DNA from: Vicugna vicugna
Taxonomy: Eukaryota
Length of the DNA stretch: 64,000 nt
Reading direction: 5' to 3'
NCBI GenBank assembly: GCA_013265495.1
Contig: MU057651.1
Location: forward strand, 124,001 to 188,000
Shown here one piece after another: positions 38,901-50,807 of this stretch (positions are counted from its first letter, which is position 1; the number at the start of each line of letters is the position of its first letter). Made by a program: the position numbers and the translations under genes. The notes beneath the pieces are model-generated. The model did no database searches and was not told the DNA's origin. It worked only from the letters and a program-made list of their open reading frames with translations.

Positions 38901-40934
38901 TCTCTCTCCCTCCTGGAGTCACATTCTTAGGCAGGACACTCTGTCCACATGTTCGCTCTCTCTACCCTCTCATTTGTTTCATCTCAGCATTGCCCCAGAG
39001 ATCACTCAGGTTTTTCTTCTGTGTTACCTCAACTCCTTTCATCAGCTTAGTGAGGTGTATCACACCACACTGCTTTCTTTTTCACTCATTATGATTTATT
39101 CCCTATAATAAGCTTCTTTAAAGAGTTCAATGATTTGCACTCAGAAGTTACATAGCCAAGAGGCAGCCAAGTATAATAACAAAGATTGATCTGAATTCTT
39201 TGCACTGAAGGCTGTCCAAAGTCTCTTGCTTCAGGGGAATCACAATGAAAATGAACAAAAAGAACACATGGCTCCTTTGGCTCCGGAATCTTAACTCTTA
39301 ATAGAAAATACCATCAACAATTGGTGAAATTGTTTGTGTTAGCATATCATTGAAAACAGATCTTATGCAAACATTAAAATTAACGCCCATGACTTTTCTA
39401 TAGATGACTTTTATTATAAACAGTAAAATATATGTAATGTCTCAACTACAAACCTTTCATGTTGAAAGGGTCTCTAGCATGAGTTACTTTAATATTTTGA
39501 AGTGAAAAAGTTTAAGAACCTCACAATGGGAACAATCCAATACTGACAAACTAGTGATCAAAGATATACTCTTTCAGTTAATGTAAAACAAGGATATTAT
39601 GAGGAAGACAACTTTCTAGACCGAAAGGCGGTCACAGCTAGGAAGGAAATAATCTATGATTCAAACCAGCCAAGTGGGACTGGCTTTTGCTTTTTTTACT
39701 CTTTAAAACTAAAAACACAACTTAAACACAACACAGTAACTGACCTTTTTGACTGTGTTTAGTAGAATCTGTACATACGATTTCCTCTGGGATGTGATGC
39801 TTTATTTCTGGATTTCAGCTGTGTTATCTGAACATGTTACCACATACACATTTGGCCCTATCACTTTCGTGGCTTTAATGCTACCAAAACAGGTGAGCCC
39901 ATAACACCCCTTTCATTTGTCTCTAAATTCATCTCTCTGCTAACTTCCTGAAGGTTGGGATTAACAAAGATGCAAAGGATAATTCCTAGGCTTCCCTGAA
40001 TCCTTTGACCTTACAGAAGAAGTATTTAATGACTAGGGAATTGATCTGGCAAAATGAGATAAGGATTGTTAGTACAGTTTAGAACATCTGGAAAGCGTTA
40101 CATTCCAATAGAGATAATTTTTTAAGAAGGAGAGAAGATCATTGAAGCCAAAGTAACCAAATGGCTAAGGAGGTGATACTCAATTCCTGTCTATTTAGAA
40201 TATGTGGTAAATATATGCCCTTATCTCAGGATATCTCTCATTCATTCATTGATTCATATATTCATAAATAATAGGTGCCCAAAACAGCAGTGAGTGCCTG
40301 CATGCCCAGCTCCCTCTGTTGGTGTGGTCTATAAAGTCCTTTAACCATCCACCATCTGTGGAAGAATAGACTTAAAAATTTCCTCTGCATACACTGAGAA
40401 CCACATCAGTCAGTTTTATACTTTTTGTTTCAAATATCAAACAGAATTTGGAAATTTCAAGGGGAAAAGGAAAATATTTAACCATATTTTTTGTGCTGCT
40501 GTTCTTTTTTCCTTCCAGATGTTCCTAGAGTTCTTCTTTTATCAATTCCTTTCTGTTTCTTCTAGTCATTCTTTAGGATGTATCTGCTGGTGAAAAATTT
40601 TCTTAGTTTTTCTAATGTCTTTTGAAAATGTCTTTTGATAATCCTCATTAATTACTGAAGGATAATTAAGCTGGATATAGAATTTGAGGTTGATACTTCC
40701 TTTATTTTGGCACTTGGAAAATGCTGTGGACTACTTGATTTCTGTTGAGAAATATGCTGTCCTTTATACCGTTTTTCTCCTGTAGGTTGTACATTGTGTC
40801 TTTCTTCCTGATTTCAAGATTTCTTTTTTGTCTTTACTTTTCTGAGCTTTGACTGTGATGAATTTCTTTGGGTTTCCTGAATTTCTTGGGGTTTACTCTG
40901 TTTTGGGTTCACCTAGCTTCTTAAAAATACAGGT

Positions 40935-41855
40935 TTAGACACATGTATGGTCAATTAATTTATGACAAAAGGATCCAAGAATATACAGTGGGGAAAGGAC
41001 AGTCTCTTCAATAAATGGTGTTGGGAAAGTTGGACAGCTGTATGCAAAAGAATGAAACTTGATGGCTATCTTACACCACACACAAAAATCAACTCAAAAT
41101 GGAATTAAAGACTTGAACATAAGACTTGAAAACATAAAACTCCTAGAAGAAAACAAGCAGTATGCCTTCCTGTCATAGGTCTTGGCAATGATTTTTAAAA
41201 TCTGATGCCAAAAAATATGCAACAAAAACAAAGATAAACAAGTGGGACTACATCAAACTTAAAAGCTTCTGCACAGCAAGGAAACCATCAACAAAATTAA
41301 AAGACAACCTACTGAATGGGAGAAAGTAATTGCAAATATCTGAAAAGGAGCTAATATTCAAAATATACAAAGAACTCATTTAGCTCAAAATCGAAGCAAA
41401 ACAAAACAAAAAACCAAACAATCTGATTTAAAAATGAGCAGAAGATCTGAATAGACATTTTCCCGAAGAAGACATACAGATGGCCAACAGGTACATGAAA
41501 AGATGCTCAACATTACATTATTAATCATTAGGGAAATGCAAATCAAAACCACAATGAGATACCACCTCACACTTGTTAGAATGACTACTATAAAAAAAGA
41601 CAAGAAATAACAGTTGTTGTCAAGGATGTGGAGAAAGGGGGATCCTTGTACACTGTTGGTAGGAATGTAAATTAGTGCAGCAACTATGGGAAACAGTATG
41701 GAGGTTCCTCAAAAAATTAAATGTAGAACTACCATATGATCCAGCAACTCGACTTCTAGATATTTATGCAGAGAAAATGCAAACACTAATTCGAAAAGAT
41801 ATATGCATTCCCATGTTCATTGCAGTATTATTTACAGTAGCCAAGATATGGAAAT
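40935..41855 (+). mobile_element. LINE-1 ORF2 3' part
   Basis: gacagtctcttcaataaatggtgttggg, ggactacatcaaact, gaaatgcaaatcaaaaccacaatgagataccacctcac. ORF gives [16 protein letters not shown]. Confidence 0.92.
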
Positions 41856-41889
41856 TTTGCTCGATATTTTCAAATTCCCCTCCATAGTG

Positions 41890-42370
41890 GGTATGTTAGT
41901 TTCCTATGGCTACTATAACAAGTTAGCACAAACTTAGTTGTTTAAAACAAGAGAAATTTATTTCCTCATATTCTAGAAGCCACAAGTCTGAAATTAGTTT
42001 CACTGGGCCAAAATAAAAAGTGTTGGCAGAGCCATGTTCTCTTTGGAGGCTCTGCAGGAGAATCTGTATCTTGCCTCTTCCAGTTTCTGGTGGCAGCCAG
42101 CATTCCTTGGTTTGTGACTACATCACTCCAATTGCTGCCTGCACAGTCATACTGTTTCCTCCTTTTCTGTGTGTGTCAGCTTTTCTTCTGCCTCCCTCTC
42201 TCAAGGGTACTTGTGACTGCACATAGGGCCCACCCAGATTATCTAAAATGAACGCCCTGTTTCAAGATCCTTAATCACATCTGCAAAGCCCCTTTTTCCA
42301 TTTAAGGTAAGATTTATGTTCCAGGGATTGGGACCTGGTGTCTTTGGGGACCATTATTAAGCTTATTACA
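41890..42370 (-). mobile_element. MaLR LTR (MLT1-like)
   Basis: gttagtttcctatggctactataacaagttagcacaaacttag...cttaatcacatctgcaaag...tttggggaccattatt. Confidence 0.8.
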
Positions 42371-43319
42371 GTGATCATACCACTTTGAATCCGCATGAGC
42401 AGTGTATGAAAGCACATGTTGTTTTGCATCCTTACCAACTGAGTGTATTGACAAACCTTTGGAACTTTGCCAGTCTAATAATTTAGAAATGGTGTCTCAT
42501 TGTAGTTTTAATTGCAGTTCTACTTTACAAGCAATTTTGAACCTCTTTTTGCATATTTAAAGACAAGTTACATTTTTTCCCTTTAACTGTTTATTGTTTT
42601 TACATGTCTGTATTAGGGTCATTGGTTCTTTTCTACCTCTCAATTTATAAGCTTGTATATAGATGGGAAATTAGTACTTTTTTAGAGATGTTAGTTGTGG
42701 ATATTTTTCTCAGTGTGTGTTTATTGACGATCATGTTTTTTTTTTTTGCCATGCAAAATTGTTATTTTTTATGTAGTCAAATTTATCAGTTTTTCAAATT
42801 ATGCTCTTGAATTTTGATCATAGTTAGGAAATCTTTCTCCACTTCTATTATAGGTGTTAGCAGGGCTGTGCTCCCTTTGGAGCTTCAAGGGGAGAATCTG
42901 TTCCATCCCTCTTTTGACTTCCAGATTCTTATAATACTTGAATGGTTTTATGTTTTTACACTTAAATCTGAGACATTTGGAATTTATTCTGATTTAAGAC
43001 ATAAAAATGGATCTGTTTTTAAACCTTTTTAACCCTATAGTTATCAACCTATTGCAATACCACTTATTAAATCATCCATCCTTTCTCCAATGATTTGAAA
43101 TGCTACCTTAATCATATTCTAACTTTCCAAATATAATTTAACATATGGCAGTATTTTCTATTCTGCTGCATTAGTCATTCTGTCAATTCCTGGGCCAATA
43201 CCACACGCTTATATTGTACAAGCTTTATATTCTGTTTTAATATCTAGTAGGACCAGCTGCAACCCCTTCCACCAACCGTCACTCTTTCTCTTATTCTGAC
43301 TTTGACTGAAATATTATAT

Positions 43320-44863
43320 TTCAGAATATGCATAGAATCAGAGATAGACCACACAGCTTTAAGGAACTGAGGCTGACTTTATGGAGCCAATAAAGCCCCT
43401 TGGAAAACCAGAAGTCTGTTGCCTTGCTTGCAGTATTCCCAGCAGCTTTCCCAGGTAAGTGAGGAATATCTCTTCCTGCAGACCCAGAAACCTCAAGGGA
43501 CCTCAAGAAAAAAGGAATTAACCTAAATCTATAGGCATTGTAGGTAAAGTTTGATGGCAAGTCCTAGCCTCAAGAAGCTTTTAAAGGTCCAGTTAAGATT
43601 CCTTATGAAAAGCTCCAGCAAAGCATATTTTAAAAGAGCCTCTATGGTCAGCCACTACTCTTGCTACAGTTATGTAAATAACAGGCCAAGTTTAATGGGA
43701 CTAGACTTATTTTGCAAACAAATAGTCTAACTGTAATTTATCTTTGATAGAAGTGAGAGTGGTTTTAGAGAGAAAAAGATGTTTAGTAAAAAACTATAAC
43801 ACATCCTTGTGGATATTAGATTCTAGTCCTGTTCATCATCTTTGAGGTTTTGTTGTCTACCTGTGAACTGGACTGGATACTGAATGCAAGTTTCTTCGGA
43901 CACTGGCTACAACTATGCAAACAAACACTTCCAATTTTCTCCCACCCTTCTGATCTAAAATCAGTAAGAACAAAGACTTCCCTTGAGCCTCCTCAAAAGG
44001 GACCATACCAGGTCCTCCTCACTACCCAGATGGAAGCCAAGCTTCAGACACTTCAATCTTGAGTCCACGTCTCCCAATTAAAGATCACTTCTAGACTCTT
44101 AGAACTGCATCCTAGCTGGAGATCTAAAATTAAACTTGACTAGGGAGATTGCTCTGTAGAAGCAGACAGCATCTTGAGGTGGTCAGTTCTCCCAAGGTCG
44201 TGGATCAAGATCTTTATCTCTAATATGAAACTTTTTTTCGTTTTGCCTTTTTGGTACTTGCTTTTCCTTCTGTTAATGCATGGAAGATGGTGCCCCTTAA
44301 CTCTAGCAACTATTGCTGAATCTGAAAAAAGACTATAGCTACACAACAAAAGTCCCTAGGCTTTCTTGCTGTGGTAGTTTTAAATAACAGAATTGTTTTA
44401 GATTACTTACTGGCTGAACAAGGAGCCTGTGCCATAGTAAATATTGCTGTAAGTGAATCAACACCTCTGGTATTGTAGCAAATTAAAGGACTTAACAAAC
44501 AAGATACTTATCTAGAACGGATAATGCCTTTTCAGGTACATTCTTTGATTTATTCGATGCCAACTGGCTTGGTTGATGAGGGCATTAGCTAAAGAGTACA
44601 TGTTACTCTCTTAGTATTATCCTCCTGATAGTCATCATTGTAGTCTCCCTGGTGCTCTGTGTTCTTTCAAAGGTTTTAAATGCATGTTCACAGCCATCAG
44701 ATGGTCTCACTGTGCTTGAAGAAACAGGAACAAGATGAACAATGAGATAAATAACAAAAGTAATTCTTCTATAGACCTGATATCATAATCTACAAGTTTT
44801 CATGGTGAGACAGGAACAACTTTAATGGCAGCTGAGAGTGGCACAATTACCAAAAGGTGGACT
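43320..44863 (+). mobile_element. Decayed ERV1 (gammaretrovirus-like) internal region with integrase C-terminus and env TM remnant
   Basis: 43975-44085 encodes SLEPPQKGPYQVLLTT..AKLQ...*VHVSQLK (GPY/F motif). The env remnant follows, then a polypurine tract caaaaggtgga before the LTR. Confidence 0.85.
44335..44700 (+). pseudogene. Retroviral env transmembrane subunit remnant
   Basis: QQKSLGFLAVVVLNNRIVLDYLLAEQGACAIVN, frameshift, CCK*INTSGIV, then FFDLFDANWLG** and hydrophobic IILLIVIIVVSLVLCVLSKVLNAC. Confidence 0.88.
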
Positions 44864-45198
44864 TGTTTAAGTAATTAAACAAGGAGATCATTAGACTGAG
44901 GTGGCCCTAATACCGCAGTGGCCTATGTAAGCAAACCAAAATCTAAGCCTGTAAATGACTCAAGGTCACAAAATTATAAAGTAAGGACAACCAACCACAA
45001 ACAGCCAAGTGGGCTTTAAGCCATTGCTAGCCATATAATTTCTTCTCTTAGCTTCCGTACCTTCCTTAAGTAAGTCACTCTCTGAGCTCCTGTCAGTGGA
45101 GCGCTCCTAATCACTTCCTATTTGGTGCTCAGTCAGAATCAATCTTTGCTCACCTAAACCCTCAAAATTCTTAATATGCTTCAGTTTATCTTTTAGCA
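44864..45198 (+). mobile_element. 3' LTR of the decayed ERV
   Basis: Begins TG immediately after the polypurine tract and ends ttttagCA. Confidence 0.7.
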
Positions 45199-45719
45199 GA
45201 ACTCAACAACAGTCTATTATATTTACCTAGATATTTACCATCCTGTTCCTTTTCCTCTGCAAGTACAGTCATATTTCTGTCTAAAAATAAAATGTCATCT
45301 TCCTCACAATGTTATACCCTGCCTTTCTTCACTAGCAACACAAATTGAATGTCATTCAATATCAATAAACAGCCATCTGCATCATAATTTCCATGCTTAC
45401 AAGAATACTAATGACCCATAAAAATAGGAAAGTTTTAAAATTAGTTAACATTTGTTTTGGGTCAAGTAACATTTATTTTCAGAATTGCACTGTGACATTT
45501 TTCATCCTTATTTTACATATAAAGGTAATAAAGAACTGGGAGGTTAGATACTTTGCTTAAGCTTGTACACTTAGAAAATGACACATCATGGATTTAAACC
45601 TAAATAGCATGGCTCCAGAGCTCATAAATATTTAGGGGGATAGAACTTGAGACACAGAAGCACACAGATTAATTATCAAGTTTCAGCCACAGAAACCCAA
45701 ACTGAGACACACTTATGCA

Positions 45720-48250
45720 TACAAATGTTTGTCTTGACTGAAACCTGGTAATAAGATATTTGAAAGGATTTCTTTTTAAAAGGAGCTCTATGGTCAGAAG
45801 TTGGCCAAATTGGACACTGATGTTAAATACCTAATAGGAACTTTTTATGGACATCTCTCCTAAGCTGAAATAGAGCTGTGTACCCAGAGAAAAAGAAATA
45901 TGCTGAAACCTTTGTGGAGTGATTTGCTAAAACATTCCACACACACAGCCCTAAATCTAGAACAAGGGAATCTTTTGATTTCCATCTTGGTTGGAAATCT
46001 CCCTGATGTAAAGAAGCAAATTGAAGATAATGTAGTTGGATGGGCAGGTCAGCTCCTTGATCACTTTCAGCCCAGTTCTTTGAGAAATTAAAAGACAACT
46101 ATCCCTTTCCTGCAAATTGAATCTTTACAAGAACAGAAATCTAGAAGTAATTCAAAGCCCACATATCCTTACTGATATTCAGACCTCTGCTAGTCATCTT
46201 AAAACACTTACAAATATCGTAAAAGATTGGAACATTAGAGTCAGAACTGTCCTGCATTTAAGGGAAAAAAGGAAAATTTAAGAAGTAATTATCCTAGGAC
46301 TTTAATAATAAGCAAATATGCTCCAAAACTCATTCTTGGAGAAAGTTTACATCATTTATCAGTGCCTTTGAGATATAAACTTTCAACCCTGTCTTTTCTA
46401 GGGCCTGAGAGCCATCTCTTTTAAATGCAGACTTCAAGGATATGGTTCTTGTCAGAAGTTAAATAAATAAAAAAAGAACTATTTGGAAACTAGACAAATA
46501 AAAAAATCTTAAAAGTCTTCTCTACAAATATTAGTAAAAAGCTTTAGCCATCTGAGCAGATAACCTTAACTTTTTCCATCTGCCAGAAACAAAATTTGGA
46601 TCCAACCATTCTTTTATAAATTAGTGAGTTTTTAAAACTATTGTACCTATATCATTGCTAATACTTTAAAATGAACGTTATAATTTCTCTATTTGTCTGT
46701 ATGTCTAATGCATATGTTAGAGATGTGTGATATTTCTCTACCTCCAGATGGTAAGAGATTTGTAAAAGATCTCTATTTAATTGGCTTAAAGAAAAATAAG
46801 TGCTTAAATAAATTGTGTTCCTAAACTCTCAGAAATAAGATAGAAACTAACCCAAATGTTTTTCAATTTCACATGATCTGAGATAATCTTCAGTAAGTAA
46901 AAGCTAGTTTAAGTTTGTTGGATTAATTAAGACATACATATGGCTTCAGAGTTATCAACATTAAATATAATGCAGATACAACTTTCATTCTGTCTAAATG
47001 TACTAGTCATAAGTTCATATTACCTCTTAAAATATTTGTTAGCAAGAAAAGTAAGAAGATTATGGATAGCTGTTTAATGTCTGTTAAAACTTCATGAGTG
47101 ATCTAAATATAATTGTTAAAAGCAAGTGAATTAAAAAAATGTACATAAGACAAAAGTTTATAAAATAACTTTCAAACCATAATTATGTTTTATAATGTCA
47201 TCTTAAAAATAGTTTCCCAAATATTTTTAGTAACTTCCAACCTTAGAATTTTGCAAAGTTAATTTAAATGTTGGATACTCTTGGAATATTGATATCATTT
47301 CAAAATAAGTTAAGGTACTGAAACATTAATTGTTAAACACAAGTCTAGGTTTACCTACTTTTATCCTCTTGTTAAAAAGGAACAGAAGATATTTGGGTTT
47401 GTTAGTAAAAATGTTTTGTGCCACACTGAAAGATTGTACTATAAGGAAGGATATACTTTTAGAAATTATCAAATGGATTCATAAATCCACCAATTTACAG
47501 AATGTAGGGATAGAACAGACAGTTCACAATTGCTTACCTCCTAGTTTTCACTGTAGACTATGGTTTGTAAGCATTAAGAATTCTAATTAATACATATAAT
47601 TTAAACTACTAAATATACTATGGGAAATTATTTCATCTCTGTAGGTAAGAAAAGGTATGAGATATGGAGATGTATTTTTGGTAGAGGAAAAAGGTAATTT
47701 TGCCCTAAAGTAGAATGACTTTTTCAGAATGAGAAAGAAGAGAATACAGGACACTCTAAATAGTTATAAAAAGCAGAGGGGAGAGAGAGAGAATTTTACC
47801 TTGTATGGTCTAACTGACTAAAATGGAATGAATTTATTATAAAGGTTTAAATAATATGCTTTAATATAAATAGTATGTTTATGTTAAACTAAAACTTAAT
47901 TTTCTTTTATCAGCTGAAAGGTCAAAGTTTCACTGTTGGTCTGTTCTTGAGAAGAGATTGGGAAAAAATTTCTGTGCCTTTTAAAGTATTTGCCTAGAAA
48001 GGTGATATTTTTTGTCTTTCTAAAATAATTTCCTGTGCTTCCTTGTTTTTATCAGGTCATTGATTACATAAGAAAATTGAGTCTTTTCAATTTTTAATTA
48101 AAAGAGCTAAATTTTGCTCACAACTATGTAAACTTTTATATTTGCCTTTAAAATCTTTCATTGTCACTTAGGTTCAATAGATAATTAGATATTGTTCCAT
48201 AATGATCTGTGATCCTATTTAGTCAAATGTCCTTTTAAATTATCTGTAAC
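45720..48250 (+). mobile_element. AT-rich ERV1 internal sequence (MER4-group-like)
   Basis: Long AT-rich non-coding tract with motifs recalled from MER4-group internal regions (aaggagctctatggtcagaagttggc, gaaactaacccaaatgtttttcaa). Boundaries approximate. Confidence 0.55.
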
Positions 48251-49336
48251 CTCGTGTTATTTTGGAATCCTTAAAAGATCAAAATTCAAGATAGAAAAAA
48301 ATCATTAGAAACCCTTAAAAGTCTACTATTTATGGTTAAGTACTCTTAGAGTTGAGTGTATATTTGTTTTCAGAAATTTTGTTATGCAAATACAACCTGC
48401 ATATTTAAGATGAACAATGAGATGATACCCAACATACAGTTTCGTAAACTGCTTTTTTTTTCTACAAACAAAATATTATGGAGGTCAGAACAAGCAAATC
48501 AGTATAATCCCACATAATAATAAAATGGCCTTATAAACACTCATGGTCAATTTAGGTATGATAATGATAAGAATGGTTATTTTTTGACTTCCTCTGTCCC
48601 TACAGTGTTGTAAGTGCTAAACCTATACTTGCTTATTTAATCCTCACCACATCCAATAAGGAGGAGCTATGGTTGCCTGACTTTAAGCATCAGGGAACTG
48701 GGGCACAGTGAGGGCAGGGCAGGCAAGTCACAAGACTAAGAGATGAACAGATTCTGGGTGGCTACTGAGCCCCACGTATAACTAGTGTCTGCTAGTGCTT
48801 CTCATCTGGTAAGACCCTCAACCTTACTGTTCATCAGGGCACAGCAAACAAACCAAACTGAGATCCCATGTTTTCCTTTCTCAGTTAACTAGGTAAAAGT
48901 TTAAACAACTGATCTTAATCAGTGTGGTTTGGAATTTGGGAACCTATGTCCTATTACATTGTAAAAGGGGCTCCTCCAACATTCTGTCCCACTTCCTGTG
49001 CCTCTGGGATATTGCCATTCTAAAGTGGATAGCTTTCCTGTGCTTGGGTCAGAAAATGCCTATGTTTCTCCAGCCTTTTTAATATTTTGTATAATTGCAA
49101 GTACAATAGGAATTTATTTAGTTAAAAATAGATGACATACAAAGAGAAATAAAGAATACCTCAATGCCCACCACCCAAAGAAAAGCCCTTCTAATGTTTT
49201 CATCTGGATTATATTCCTCCAGAGTGATTCTTATGCAGATATCATATATTTATACAGGGATGCATACATTTATATGTTTACACACAAAACATAGGATCTC
49301 ATTTTACATTTAATTTTGTAACTTGCTTATCTCACT

Positions 49337-49762
49337 GTTGTGGGTTGAATTGTTTCCAAATCATGACACTCCCATGTCTTATTTGGAAACAGTGTCTTTG
49401 TAGATACAATTAAGTTAAAGATCTTGAGAGGAGATCATCTTGAATTTAGGATGGTCCCTAAACCCAGTGACCAGTGTCCTTATAATAGAAAGGAGATGGA
49501 GCTTTCACACACACAGGGAAGTAGGTCATTTGAAAATAGAGGCAGAGACTGGAGTTACGTTGCCAAAAGCCAAGAAAGCCAAGAGCTACCAGTAGTTGGA
49601 AGAGGAAAGGAAGGAGTCTCCTCTAGAAGCTTCAGAGGAAGCTTGGCCCTACCAACGCCTTGATTTCAAATTTCTGAGCTCCAAACCTATAATATAATGA
49701 ATTTCTGTTGTTCTGAGCCACAAAGTTCTTGTTAATTAATAAAGACAGCCCTAGGAAACTAA
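49337..49762 (+). mobile_element. MaLR LTR (MLT1C/D-like)
   Basis: tgttgtgggttgaattg...ttatttggaaacagtgtctttgtagat...gatttcaaatttctgagctcca...cagccctaggaaactaa. Confidence 0.85.
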
Positions 49763-49880
49763 CGTACTCACTAACCATACACCTCAAATGTCACTGATTG
49801 TGAATAAACATCACTCTGTATCCTATTTTTTAATGCCTGTGAAGATAGGAATACCAATAAAACTATATAAGAGAAATAGG

Positions 49881-50281
49881 GGCTTCAAGATGGCAGAATC
49901 GAAGGGCGTGGAGCTCACCCTCCCCCACAAATACATCAAAAATACATCTACATGTGGAACAGCTGTCACAGTACCTACTGAACTCGGACAGAAGATCTTG
50001 TACAAGTGGATCTAAAGGAAAATCTTCACAAAACCAGATAAACAAGAAGGTCTTTCTGTATAGCACAGGGAGCTATATTCAATACCTTGCCATAGCCTAT
50101 AGTGAAAAGAATATATATGTGTACAGCATATGTATATATATATATACACATATATGTATGTATACATATATATGTGTATGTGTGTGTGTGTATATATATA
50201 TATATGCAGCTGAATCACTATGCTGTACACCAGAAAGTAACACAGTATTGTAAATCGACTATACTTCAATTAAAAAAAAAA
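49881..50281 (+). mobile_element. Internally deleted L1: ~155 bp of 5' end joined to ~245 bp of 3' end with poly(A)
   Basis: 5' part ggcttcaagatggcag...cacaaatacatcaaaaatacatctacatgtggaac. 3' part is the reverse complement of the L1 tails at 14417-14773 and 61034-61408. Imperfect TSD taaga..aaatagg. Confidence 0.75.
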
Positions 50282-50776
50282 GATATCTAAGAAAAATAAA
50301 TAGGTTAAATTCTTAAGTCCTAGTGATTTTCCTGTATTGATTCATTTAATGTTCCCAGCACTCCATAAGATAGATACTGTTGTTCATCCCCATTTTGTAG
50401 ACAAAAAGCTGAGGGACACACAGAACTTGGCCCAGGAGTGCACAGTCAGGGAACGGGACAGTTTAGGTTTGTACCCAGCACCTCATGTTCCAGAGCCTGA
50501 GAAACTGTCAAAGATTTGTTGTGTAGTGACAGAAGCAGCTGGCAAAGGCATGCATAATTTAGGAGGTCATGAAGCAATATTCATATATTACATATTTATA
50601 CAAATAGCTGGACCTAGTGACCTTGGTGAGAGCACGTTCCTTGCAATCACAGGGACAGGTTCAAATAGTGCATTGAGATAAGAGGTCAGTGGGAAGTGAA
50701 GAATGTTAACAGGGAATGCTGCAAATGCTTTCTGGAACTTTGATTTTGTTGGATGGGGGAGAAAGGGAGAGAAAAG

Positions 50777-50807
<31 letters not shown>

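Noticed and set aside
44335..44700. Syncytin-like domesticated env gene
   Set aside because: Multiple frameshifts and stops; SU absent.
49954..50290. Tyr/Ile/Val/Cys-rich ORFs on both strands
   Set aside because: Translations of a TA/TG microsatellite in an L1 3'UTR.
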